In this document: positions 10,038 through 18,963 of the stretch, one piece after another
Layout: each line of letters opens with the position of its first letter
Numbering within the stretch: the first letter of the stretch is position 1
NCBI GenBank assembly: GCA_965223845.1
Contig: CBDCXR010000004.1
Span: 6,688,001 to 6,752,000, forward strand
DNA length: 64,000 nt
Direction: 5' to 3'
Origin: Planctomycetota bacterium
GTDB taxonomy: Bacteria > Planctomycetota > UBA8108 > SXIK01
Translations under genes and position numbers: made by a program
Notes under the pieces: model-generated
Seen by the model: the letters and a program-made list of their open reading frames with translations, nothing else
Told to the model about the DNA's origin: nothing
Database searches by the model: none

Positions 10038-11441
10038 ATGGATCCACACCACAGCCCGGCAAACCCGCCGCCCGTTCACGCCGAGAACCGGCAGGCCGCG
10101 CTTGAGCTCCTGATTGCCGCCGACAAGGGCGGGGAGTTCATCGATGCACTTCTCGCTCGCGCGTACGATCAGGTGACGAAGCGGAATCGCCCGCTCCTTC
10201 AAGAACTCACGTACGGCGTGATCCGGCATCGCGGCACGCTCGACGTGCTCCTCGACTTCCACCTCCGCGCACCGCTCAGGCGACAAGAGCCCGCCATGGC
10301 TTGGGCGCTTCGACTCGGCGCCTACCAGCTCGTCTACTTGACGAAGATTCCGGCGCACGCCGCGGTCTACAACACGCTCGAAGCGCTCAAGCGGATCGGG
10401 AACTTCAACCGCAAGGCGATCGGCTTCGCGAACGCGGTCCTGCACAAAATCAGCGCGGAGGTGCGCTACAAGACTCCGGAGCCCGCGGACGATCCGGACG
10501 ATCCCACCGTGCTTCCGATCCGCGCGGGGTACTGCCATCTCACCCGACCGGTGCTTCCGCTTGTCCGCCTCGATCTCGCCGGGCACATCGCGCTCAAGTA
10601 CTCGCATCCGAAGTGGCTCGTCGAGCGCTGGCTCGCTCGCTTCGGCGACGACGAGGCACGGAGACTCTGCGCTTCGAACAACGAGACGCCGGTCGTCACG
10701 GCGCGCGTGACGGCGCTCGCTCCCTCCGAGGAAGAGGTTCTCGCGTCGCTCGCCGAGGAGGAGTTCGAGGTCGAGCGAACCGATTGTCGCGGCGTGTTTC
10801 GACTCCGTCGCGGTGATCTCCATAGCGCTCGAGCCCGTCGAGAGCGCTGGATCCAGATTCAGGACGAAACCGCGGTCCGCATCGGACGCGAGCTCGCGCC
10901 GCCGGCCGGAGCACGCGTCGCCGACCTTTGCGCCGCACCAGGCGGAAAAGCGGTGCAGCTCCTCGAGTGCGTGGAGGGATCCGGCCAGCTCGTCGCACTC
11001 GACGCGAACGACGAGCGTCTCGCGACTCTCGAAGAAACGCTCCGGGGCTACGGATCGTCGTACCGGGTCGAGCGTGCGCCGTCCGATCCCGACGATCTCA
11101 CCCTCGAAGATCGATTCACGCACATCCTCGTCGATGCGCCGTGCTCGAACACGGGCGTTCTCGGTCGGCGGCCGGAGGCGCGGTGGCGGATTCGCGAGCG
11201 CGATCTCGAAACGCTTCCGGAGCTCCAGGGAAAGCTCCTCGAGGCGGCCTATCGTCACCTCGAACCAGGCGGGCGACTCCTCTATTCGACCTGCTCGATC
11301 GAGCCCGAAGAGAACGAAGGCGCAATCGCGAGGTTCACCGCGGCGCACGACGATCTCACCGAGCTGAAGACCGAGTACTATCTCCCGCACCGCGCCGCGG
11401 GCGACGGAGGGTTCTTCAGCTTGCTGCTTCGCAGCCGCTGA
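10038..11441 (+). CDS. rsmB: 16S rRNA m5C967 methyltransferase RsmB/Sun (NusB-like N-domain)
   Basis: ELTYGVIRH, LRLGAYQL, YSHPKWLV, DLCAAPGGK, DAPCS and YSTCS; adjacent to fmt. Confidence 0.92.
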   Translation: MDPHHSPANPPPVHAENRQAALELLIAADKGGEFIDALLARAYDQVTKRNRPLLQELTYGVIRHRGTLDVLLDFHLRAPLRRQEPAMAWALRLGAYQLVYLTKIPAHAAVYNTLEALKRIGNFNRKAIGFANAVLHKISAEVRYKTPEPADDPDDPTVLPIRAGYCHLTRPVLPLVRLDLAGHIALKYSHPKWLVERWLARFGDDEARRLCASNNETPVVTARVTALAPSEEEVLASLAEEEFEVERTDCRGVFRLRRGDLHSARARRERWIQIQDETAVRIGRELAPPAGARVADLCAAPGGKAVQLLECVEGSGQLVALDANDERLATLEETLRGYGSSYRVERAPSDPDDLTLEDRFTHILVDAPCSNTGVLGRRPEARWRIRERDLETLPELQGKLLEAAYRHLEPGGRLLYSTCSIEPEENEGAIARFTAAHDDLTELKTEYYLPHRAAGDGGFFSLLLRSR

Positions 11442-11451
11442 GGCGCGAGAG

Positions 11452-11739
11452 TCATCCGATGCGATCCGCCGGATGCGGCACGCGGTCGACGAGCGGCAGG
11501 ACCTGCGGCTGGTAGATCTCGGTGTACGCCTTCGCCGTGCGGTGGACGTCGAGCGCGTCCTGGTCGCTCCACCACTCGTTGAGGAGAAACACCCGGCGAT
11601 CGCTCTGCGAGTGGTAGACCTCGAAGCGCTCGCAGCCCGGTTCTTCCTGCGAGAGGCGAGCTTGCTCGCCGAGGAGGCCTTTGACGCGGTCGATGTCTGA
11701 TTCATCGCGGACGGTGAGAATGACGTTGACGTGGATCAT
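11452..11739 (-). CDS. Antibiotic biosynthesis monooxygenase (ABM) family / putative quinol monooxygenase
   Basis: 95 aa with the typical ABM pattern EEPGCERFEVY...FLLNEWWSDQDALDVH. Confidence 0.85.
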   Translation of the reverse strand: MIHVNVILTVRDESDIDRVKGLLGEQARLSQEEPGCERFEVYHSQSDRRVFLLNEWWSDQDALDVHRTAKAYTEIYQPQVLPLVDRVPHPADRIG

Positions 11740-11976
11740 GTTTGGTCTCGGTGCCTTATCCGTTCCCGACAAACTTCATCTTCCCTCTTCCCTTTTCCTC
11801 TTCTCGCCTGTTTCTCCGTGCGAACGTTGTTCCGGGCGCAAGCTGAATCCTAAGCGCATGGACTCCTCTTCGGGAACGGGAACGGGAACCGGAGAGCAAA
11901 ACCCATCCGACATTGCGCCGCACCGCCGACGCAGCGACAATCGGTGCTGGATCGGGGTCATTCAAGGAGTCCGCCA

Positions 11977-13419
11977 GTGTATTCGAAATCGCCCACTCTC
12001 GGTGCCATCGCTCTCATCGCCGGCTTTCTCGCGGCCGCATCCACTCGCGCCGAGGAGCCGGCCGTTCGCATCGGTACGAACGCGGGAGAGCTTCACCCCG
12101 ACGTTCTTCTTCCCACGATCGACGGCGGAACGCTCCGTCTCTCCGATTATCGCGGGAAGAAGATCTTCCTCTTTCACTTCGCCTCGTGGTGAGCGGGCTG
12201 CCGACGCATTCTGCCCGTGTGGCAGAAAACGCTCGCGCCTCTCGTAACGGCGGGGAAGATCGTCGCCATCGGGGTCGTTCAAGAGCAGCACGCCGATCGC
12301 GCGCGACTCTACCGTCAGTGGCGAGAGCTCGATTGGCCGATTGCGATCGACTCGCTCAATCTCCTGGGTCACCGTGCGGTTCCCATCCCGATGGGGATCG
12401 ACGAGCACGGCGTCGTTCGCACGCCGAAGCTGAAACCGAACGAGATCGAAGAGTTTGTCGCGCTCGAGTTCGCGGCCCCGGGTCCGCTCCCGAAGGAGTT
12501 CCGCGCAACGCTGCCAGACCCCATCGCGCTCGCGGCTCGCGCTCGTTTCGCGCTGACGGCGGAGTCGTGGTTCGATCTCGGCGATGCGCTCTTTCTCTTT
12601 GGCGGTGAGTCGCGTCTCGGTGCAGCGATCGACGCGTACCGCCGGGGTCTCGAACGAGAGCCGAACGCCGCCCGGGGGCAGTTCCGTCTCGGCGTCGCGC
12701 TGCGGCGTCGGCACGATTCCTACGGGAGGACGAAGGGTGACGCCCAGGCCGCGGTCGACGCGTGGGGACGCGCGCTCGCGCTCGATCCGGGACAGTACAT
12801 CTGGCGCCGGCGGATTCAGCAGTACGGACCGCGTCTCGACAAGCCCTACAACTTCTACTTTTGGGTCGAAGAAGCGCGAAAGGAGATCCGCGCGCGGGGC
12901 GGAGCGCCGATCTCGCTCTCCGCCGAGCCGCGTGGCTCGGAGATCGCACCGCCGCGGAGCTCGAGCGACGCCGAGGATCGCCTCGCTCCGAAGGATGTCG
13001 ATCCGAAGCGCGGCCTTCCCGTCGACCGGAAGCGCCTCGTCGGCATCGACACGATCGTCACCCCGGCGCGCATTCGACCCGGTGAACGCGTTCGCGTCCG
13101 CGTGATCCTCCGGCTAGATGCGAAGCAACGCCCGTACTGGAACAACGAGAGCGCGGGGCTCTCCGTTTGGGCGAAGGAGTCGGGCGAATTTCGCATCGAG
13201 GAGGGCGAGTTTCGCTACGCGCCGCCCAAGTCCCCCGAGACCCGCGAGGAACGGGTGCTCGAGTTCGAGGCGGCCGTCGGCGCGGAGGCGTCGGGTCGAC
13301 TGAGCATCCCCGCGTACGCCGCATACGATGTGTGTCTCGACGCCGAGGGAGTTTGCTACCGCTACCGGCAGGACTTCGAGATCTCGGTCGAGGTCGATCC
13401 GGCGGCGGCGAAGATCTGA
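11977..13419 (+). CDS. Putative secreted selenoprotein: redoxin/TlpA-like domain (UxxC) + TPR + DsbD-N-like domain; in-frame UGA at 12190-12192
   Basis: GTG start after AAGGAG and a signal peptide. LSDYRGKKIFLFHFASW-TGA-AGCR continues in frame into ORF 12217..13419. A SECIS-like hairpin follows the UGA. Confidence 0.8.
12191..12234 (+). promoter_or_regulatory. Putative bacterial SECIS element
   Basis: Stem TTCTGCC (12209-12215)/GGCAGAA (12221-12227) with G-containing loop CGTGT about 23 nt after the UGA; lower stem GAGCG/CGCTC. Confidence 0.7.
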
Positions 13420-13430
13420 GGGACCAGGAG

Positions 13431-13560
13431 GAAGAGGTTCACACGAAGGACCGCGAAGAAAGACGAAGGGAGAGGTAAGAGTAGGGGGTGGGAGTAGGAA
13501 GGATGGAGAAAAGAGAAAGAGGTTCACACGAAGTCTGCGCGCTTCGTGTGAACCTCTTTC
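13431..13560. repeat. Intergenic repeat element (AAGAGGTTCACACGAAG units) with a perfect 19-bp hairpin
   Basis: One unit at 13431; inverted repeat 13515-13533/13542-13560. The same unit occurs in the element at 48077-48353. Confidence 0.8.
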
Positions 13561-13591
13561 TGCTTCGACTCCGGGCGCGGGACGCGCCGGT

Positions 13592-14725
13592 TCAGTCGCT
13601 CGCGGTCGGTGCCGATTCCGGCGCCCCTGCCGGCTCGCGCTTTGGGGCGGGTGCCTTCTCCCGGATGAGCGGTTCGACTTTCGACTTGAGCTGCTCGTAG
13701 TTGTGGTATCCGCTCACGCGATGGCGCACGGCCCCGTCGCGTCCGATGAAGAACGTCGTCGGGAAGCCGCGGAGATTCGGGACGGCCCCCAGTCTCTCGG
13801 CGGTGATCATCGTGAGCGGGTAATTGATCTTGTTGTCCTTTGCGAACTGCTCGACGCGCTTCGTCAAGAAGTCGTTCGGAGGCTGTCGCTCCCACGTAAG
13901 CCCAATCACGGCGAAGCCTTTGTCTTTGTACTCGTTTTGAAGCTGGACGAAGTGCGGGATCTCCATCTTGCACGGCGGGCACCACGTTCCCCAGATATCG
14001 AGGATGATCACCTTGCCGGCGAAGTCTTTCTCCTTGAGCTCCTTGCCGGCGAGATCCGGAAGCCCGTACGCGAGACGAGAGATGCCGCGGAGGCTCTTCT
14101 TCACGATCGCCTCGAACGTCTTGTCGCTCTTGAGAGAGGCGAACGCCGGTTCGCGTCGGATCTGATCACCGTTCCAGTAGCCCGCAGCCACCGCGTTGTC
14201 GAGGGTCGCTAGCGCGGCTTTCGAATCTTTTAGATGCGCGAAATTGACCGACCGCCGGAAGAGCACGCCGGCGAGATCGGAGGAAAAGCCTCCCGGCTGG
14301 AGCTTCGGCAGCGCGTCGATCGCTTTCTGAAGCACTTCGTTCGACTTCTTGAACTCGCCCGCCGTCGTGTGGTGCTCGGCGATGAATCCGTAGACCGCGG
14401 TCTTGTTCGCGTCCGCGGCCTTCTCGAGCTCGCCGTTGAGAAATGCGATCGCGGCGGCGTGGTCGCCGCTGGCGGCGAAATTGTTGTGCGCGCGCTCGAC
14501 GATGAACGGGCGGTTTGCGTTGCCGGCGGGGAGGATCTTGAGGATCTCTTCGTAACTTTTGTGCGCCCCGGGCCGGTCGCCGGCCTCCTCCTTCTGCCGG
14601 GCAGTTCCGAAGAGCTGCTGCAGCTTCTGAATGTCTTCTTGGCTGAGCGGGTTTTCTTGGGCGGAGACCGCCGCGGGCGCCACGCTCGCGCAGACGAGGA
14701 GAAACCAAGCTCGGAAAAGTTTCAT
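13592..14725 (-). CDS. Secreted TPR-containing TlpA-family disulfide reductase
   Basis: Signal peptide, helical TPR-like N-half, GKVIILDIWGTWCPPC and GFPTTFFIGRDG. Confidence 0.9.
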   Translation of the reverse strand: MKLFRAWFLLVCASVAPAAVSAQENPLSQEDIQKLQQLFGTARQKEEAGDRPGAHKSYEEILKILPAGNANRPFIVERAHNNFAASGDHAAAIAFLNGELEKAADANKTAVYGFIAEHHTTAGEFKKSNEVLQKAIDALPKLQPGGFSSDLAGVLFRRSVNFAHLKDSKAALATLDNAVAAGYWNGDQIRREPAFASLKSDKTFEAIVKKSLRGISRLAYGLPDLAGKELKEKDFAGKVIILDIWGTWCPPCKMEIPHFVQLQNEYKDKGFAVIGLTWERQPPNDFLTKRVEQFAKDNKINYPLTMITAERLGAVPNLRGFPTTFFIGRDGAVRHRVSGYHNYEQLKSKVEPLIREKAPAPKREPAGAPESAPTASD

Positions 14726-14913
14726 GAAAGACTCCGTCGGGGGGCGGTTCAGGGGAAATCGCCGGGGCGGGTGGTGATCGCGCCCGGTCCTTGTTTATAA
14801 CGGTTGCGCGCGTCGCGAAGTTCGGCTTTTTTCGCGGAACTCGGCTTCTCTCGAGCCGAATCTTGGGACTGTGGCCGAGGATCCCGAAGAACGGACAGGG
14901 GGTCGAACCCGAA

Positions 14914-15663
14914 ATGGCGGAGCAGAGAACGATCGTCGGTCCCACCCCTCGCGCCGCCGCTCTCCAGGCGGGGCGGATGCTCCGCCGCGCGTGCGACGAG
15001 GCGACCGGTGCGCGCGTTCGTGTCGTCTTCGCCGGCGGGACGACCCCGCGCGTCGTCTATGAGCTCCTCGTCGAGAAGTACCGCCGCGCGATTCCGTGGG
15101 AGCGCCTCGAGGTGTTCTTCGGTGACGAGCGCTCCGTCGGTCCGGAGGACCCCGAGTCGAACTTCGGTCTCGCCGAGCGCCACCTCTTTCCCGCCGTCCC
15201 GATTCCGCGCGAGCAGATTCACCGCATGCGCGGCGAGGCGGAAGATCTCGACCGCGCCGCCTCCGAATACGAAGAGAGGGTGCGGACGCTCGTTCCCCCC
15301 GGGAGCGCGGGCGTGCCGATGTTCGATCTCGTCTGGCTCGGCTTCGGCGCCGATGGCCATGTCGCGTCGCTCTTTCCGGGCACGCGCGCGTGCGACGAGC
15401 GCGAGAAGCTCGTCGTCGCGAATCCCGTCCCCGCGCTCGAGACGACGCGGCTCACGATGACGCTTCCCCTCCTCAGCGCCGCGCGCCGAGTACAGCTCCT
15501 CGTGACGGGCGAAGAGAAGGCGACCGCGATCGGCGACTACTTCGTACGTCGATCGAGCGAGTCACCCGCGCGTGCGATCGCGCCGGCCGACGAACTCGAG
15601 TGGGTTCTCGATCGGGCCGCGGCGACTGAGCTCACGCGGGACCTCTACGCCGATATGGAGTGA
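14914..15663 (+). CDS. pgl: 6-phosphogluconolactonase
   Basis: AGGTTP, FFGDERSV, SNFGLA, LGFGADGHVASLFP and RLTMTLP. Confidence 0.93.
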   Translation: MAEQRTIVGPTPRAAALQAGRMLRRACDEATGARVRVVFAGGTTPRVVYELLVEKYRRAIPWERLEVFFGDERSVGPEDPESNFGLAERHLFPAVPIPREQIHRMRGEAEDLDRAASEYEERVRTLVPPGSAGVPMFDLVWLGFGADGHVASLFPGTRACDEREKLVVANPVPALETTRLTMTLPLLSAARRVQLLVTGEEKATAIGDYFVRRSSESPARAIAPADELEWVLDRAAATELTRDLYADME

Positions 15664-15750
15664 TCTCGCGCGCCCGGTGACCGATCGGATCTCGCCGCGG
15701 AGCTGCGACGCCCGCGGCGCGCTCCCCGGCCCGAATCCGCGGCGCTCGGA

Positions 15751-16626
15751 CTAGCTGCTCTTCGCGGTCGGAACCGGTCGCGGCACTGCGTAGCTCTCAC
15801 TCTCGGCGGGGAACGAGCGCTCGCGGACGTCCTCGCGATACGCCGCGATCGCCTCGAGCCCGAGCGAGTAGCCGTCGAGATAGCGCCGGACGAACTTCGG
15901 TGCACGTCCGGGGATGAGGCCGAGGAGATCGGAGAACACGAGGATCTGACCGTCGCAGGCCGCGCCCGCGCCGATGCCGATCGTCGGGATGCGAAGGCGG
16001 CGAGTGATCGTCTCGGCCAGACTCACCGGGATCCCCTCGAGCACGATCGCGAACGCTCCCGCTTCCTCAAGGGCAATTGCATCATCCTCGAGGCGCGCGG
16101 CTTCGGCGGGCTGGCGTCCCTGAACCTTGTATCCACCCATCGCGTGGAGCGACTGCGGCGTGAGTCCGATGTGCCCCATCACCGGGATTTCGTTCTCGAC
16201 GAGCGCGCGGACGAGCTCGCCGCGCGCTGCGCCGCCCTCGAGCTTCACCGCCTCCGCGCCGCTCTTCACGAACCGAACGGCCGCGTCGAGCGTCGACGGG
16301 AGATCGACGTGGTACGAACCGAAGGGCATGTCCGCGACGAGGAGCGCGCGCTCGACTCCGCGCCTCACCGCGCGCACGGCGACGAGCATCTCGTCGAGCG
16401 TGACGGGGAGAGTGTTCGGATAGCCGAGCGCGGTATTCGCGAGACTGTCGCCGACGAGGATGATCTCCATCCCGCCCCGGTCGGCGAGCAAAGCCGACGG
16501 ATAGTCGTACGCCGTGAGCGCGCTGATCGGCCGACCGTCGCGCTTCCAATCGGCGAGACTCGGTACGGTGACCTTCTTTTCATCCGGGTCCCGACTCGGC
16601 GGGGGCGCGTTTTTTGGGCGCGTCAT
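15751..16626 (-). CDS. panB: 3-methyl-2-oxobutanoate hydroxymethyltransferase
   Basis: [35 protein letters not shown] and IGIGAG..CDGQILV. Confidence 0.97.
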   Translation of the reverse strand: MTRPKNAPPPSRDPDEKKVTVPSLADWKRDGRPISALTAYDYPSALLADRGGMEIILVGDSLANTALGYPNTLPVTLDEMLVAVRAVRRGVERALLVADMPFGSYHVDLPSTLDAAVRFVKSGAEAVKLEGGAARGELVRALVENEIPVMGHIGLTPQSLHAMGGYKVQGRQPAEAARLEDDAIALEEAGAFAIVLEGIPVSLAETITRRLRIPTIGIGAGAACDGQILVFSDLLGLIPGRAPKFVRRYLDGYSLGLEAIAAYREDVRERSFPAESESYAVPRPVPTAKSS

Positions 16627-17018
16627 CGCGAGCCTCCGTATACGGCTCCAGCGCGGATCGAGTCGCTCTTTTCGACGACCCGGTTGTCCTCGCCCAAGAG
16701 GAGGACGCGCGGGCGGTGCCGCCGCACTTCGGCCTCGTCGAACTGCGCGTAGCTGCAAACGATGATCTTGTCGCCCGGGTGGACAAGATGTGCGGCCGCT
16801 CCGTTCACGCAGAACTCACCGCTTCCGGGCTCACCCTCGATCGCGTAGGTCGTGAGGCGCGCACCCGACGTGACGTCGTAGATCGACACTTGCTCGTAGG
16901 GCCGGATGTCGGCCTCGGCGAGGAGGTCGGCGTCGATCGTGATGCTCCCCTCGTAGTCGAGGTTCGCTTCGGTGACCGTGGCTCGATGGAGCTTCGATTT
17001 GAGCAGGGTGCGGATCAC
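16623..17018 (-). CDS. panD: Aspartate 1-decarboxylase
   Basis: [19 protein letters not shown] self-cleavage site and NGAAAHLV. Confidence 0.97.
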   Translation of the reverse strand: MIRTLLKSKLHRATVTEANLDYEGSITIDADLLAEADIRPYEQVSIYDVTSGARLTTYAIEGEPGSGEFCVNGAAAHLVHPGDKIIVCSYAQFDEAEVRRHRPRVLLLGEDNRVVEKSDSIRAGAVYGGSR

Positions 17019-17117
17019 GGCGTCTCTCTCCCGGGCTGGGATGATCGCTCCGACGGGTGGCGCACGAGCCCTCCCGTTGATGAAAGCCTACTCCGTCCGG
17101 CAACTATCCCTCCAATA

Positions 17118-17140
17118 AATACTGGATATGAATCAGTATT
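17118..17140. promoter_or_regulatory. AT-rich inverted repeat, candidate regulator site between panD and the LysR gene
   Basis: AATACTG-N9-CAGTATT in the divergent intergenic region. Confidence 0.5.
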
Positions 17141-17241
17141 AGTCGTAGGAATATCGGGGCTTCCCCTACAACGTTCGAACGTCGGCCCGAGGGCAGGCCG
17201 CGGACCGGACGCATCCGGCGAAGACGCGAGGGACTTCCGTC

Positions 17242-18108
17242 GTGGATCTCCACAAGCTCCGAGGATTCTATTCCGTCGCGCGGTTCGGCGGGTTTACCGC
17301 CGCGTCGAAGCGACTCCAGCTCGCGCAGCCGACTCTCAGCCTGCAGGTGAAGTCGCTCGAGACGGAGCTCGGGCGAAAGCTCCTCGAGCGCAACCCGCGC
17401 GGCGTCAAGCTCACCGCCGAAGGCGAGGTCCTCTTCGGCCTCGCCGAGAAGATCTTCGAGACCGAAGCCGAGATCGACGCCCTCTTCCGCGACCGCGACC
17501 GCTTCGAGCCGGCCCGACTGGGAATCGCGACGAACCAGTCGATCGCCGCGCACATCCTTCCCCCGCGGCTCGAGGAGTTTACGACCCGCTTCCCGAAGGT
17601 CGAGATCAACATCCACAACCTCCGGACGGCCGACATCCTCGCCGCGGTGAAGGACGGATCGATCGACTTCGGTCTGATCCTCATCGACCCGCAGGACAAG
17701 GACCTCGCCGCTCGAAGTGTGCTTCCCTACGAGATGGTTCTCGTCGCGCCGCGCGACCATCCCTTGAGCCGCAAGCGCGGTGTCGCGCTCAAGGACATCG
17801 CGAAGTACCCGTTCATCTCCTACACCCGCGATACGGAGACGCGTCAGCTGATCGACCAGCCGTTCGACGCGATCGGGCAGAAGGTCTCCGTGCGCATGGC
17901 GCTCGGAAGCACGGATCTCATCATCACGTACGTCGGACTCGGCTACGGGATCTCGATCATCCACGATCTCAACATCGACGAGGCGAACCGCGTGCATCTC
18001 CACGTGCGGCCGCTGAAGCGCGTGTACCGGCGGCAGTACATCCATCTCATCTTTCGAAAGGATGCAGAGCTGAGCGGGGTGGCTCGGGCGTTCGTGGATC
18101 TCTTCTAG
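17242..18108 (+). CDS. LysR-family transcriptional regulator
   Basis: HTH GGFTAASKRLQLAQPTLSLQVKSLE..LG..LLER plus a substrate-binding domain. Confidence 0.95.
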   Translation: MDLHKLRGFYSVARFGGFTAASKRLQLAQPTLSLQVKSLETELGRKLLERNPRGVKLTAEGEVLFGLAEKIFETEAEIDALFRDRDRFEPARLGIATNQSIAAHILPPRLEEFTTRFPKVEINIHNLRTADILAAVKDGSIDFGLILIDPQDKDLAARSVLPYEMVLVAPRDHPLSRKRGVALKDIAKYPFISYTRDTETRQLIDQPFDAIGQKVSVRMALGSTDLIITYVGLGYGISIIHDLNIDEANRVHLHVRPLKRVYRRQYIHLIFRKDAELSGVARAFVDLF

Positions 18109-18504
18109 TGGCGTTTGCTTTCTTGAGTTCTCACGGGAAGAGATTCATGCGGATGACGCGGCGGCCGTGCGGTGCACATCGCTCCTGGTCGTCGGAGGCG
18201 CGGACCGGTTGTTCCCGCCCGGCGTACCCAGAGGCGCGCGTAGGAAGGCCGATGCAGCCGAGGGGCGACGAATCGACAACGTCGGCGGGCACGTCGAATC
18301 GACAGACGGTGCTCGCCACGGGTCTTTCTCACGACCGGTGAGCTCTCTCGAGCTGAGATCGTGTCTGCGCCCGAGAGATTCGCACTGGCGTCAGCGATTC
18401 GCGATAAGACTCTCGAGACCCGCGCCTGCTGACGCCGTCATAGCTCCGAATCGTGACCCCCTCGGTGCTCGCCGCGCGTCAAGCCGGCAGTTTTTTCTTG
18501 CGCC

Positions 18505-18543
18505 ACCTACACATCGTAGGCATCATGCCTACAGATAGTAGGT
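18505..18543. promoter_or_regulatory. Tandem BlaI-type operators
   Basis: CCTAC-ACATC-GTAGG (18506-18520) and CCTAC-AGATA-GTAGG (18528-18542), immediately upstream of the AAAGGAGG RBS of the BlaI-family gene. Confidence 0.8.
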
Positions 18544-18558
18544 AAAGGAGGTGCGAGC

Positions 18559-18963
18559 ATGGTGGATTCCTCTCCGCCGCCGCTGTCGGACGCGCAGCGC
18601 GAGATCATGGAGATCGTCTGGGACCGCGGCGAGGTGACCGTTGCCGACGTCTGGGAGGCACTCGAGGAGCGGCGAGGGGTGGCCCGGAACACAGTGCAGA
18701 CACTCATGGCCAGACTCGAGGAGAAGGGCTGGATCGAGCATCGCACCGTAGGCCGCACGTTCGTCTACTCGGCGGTTCTTTCCCGCGATGCTTCCCGCGG
18801 GCGTTCGCTCCGAACGCTCCTCGAGACGCTCTTCCAGGGTTCGACGACCGACCTGGTGACCGCCCTCCTCGAAGACCGTTCCCTGAGCGCCGACGAAGCG
18901 GATCGCATTCGCGCGATGATCGACGACGCCGAGCGACGCAGAAAGAAGCAGAGGCGACGATGA
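18559..18963 (+). CDS. BlaI/MecI/CopY-family repressor
   Basis: LSDAQREIMEIVW, NTVQTLMARLEEKGWI and GRTFVYSA. Confidence 0.95.
   Translation: MVDSSPPPLSDAQREIMEIVWDRGEVTVADVWEALEERRGVARNTVQTLMARLEEKGWIEHRTVGRTFVYSAVLSRDASRGRSLRTLLETLFQGSTTDLVTALLEDRSLSADEADRIRAMIDDAERRRKKQRRR

Noticed and set aside
12190-12192. Pseudogene reading of the in-frame TGA
   Set aside because: The stop falls exactly on the catalytic Cys position and is followed by a SECIS-like hairpin, so recoding is more parsimonious, though not proven.
13431-13560. Possible CRISPR mini-array
   Set aside because: Only two direct units plus one inverted copy, a low-complexity spacer and no cas genes.
18109-18500. Intergenic stretch with short inverted repeats (GGCGTCAGC/GCTGACGCC)
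   Set aside because: Too little structure beyond GC-rich chance pairing; no promoter/terminator framing seen.
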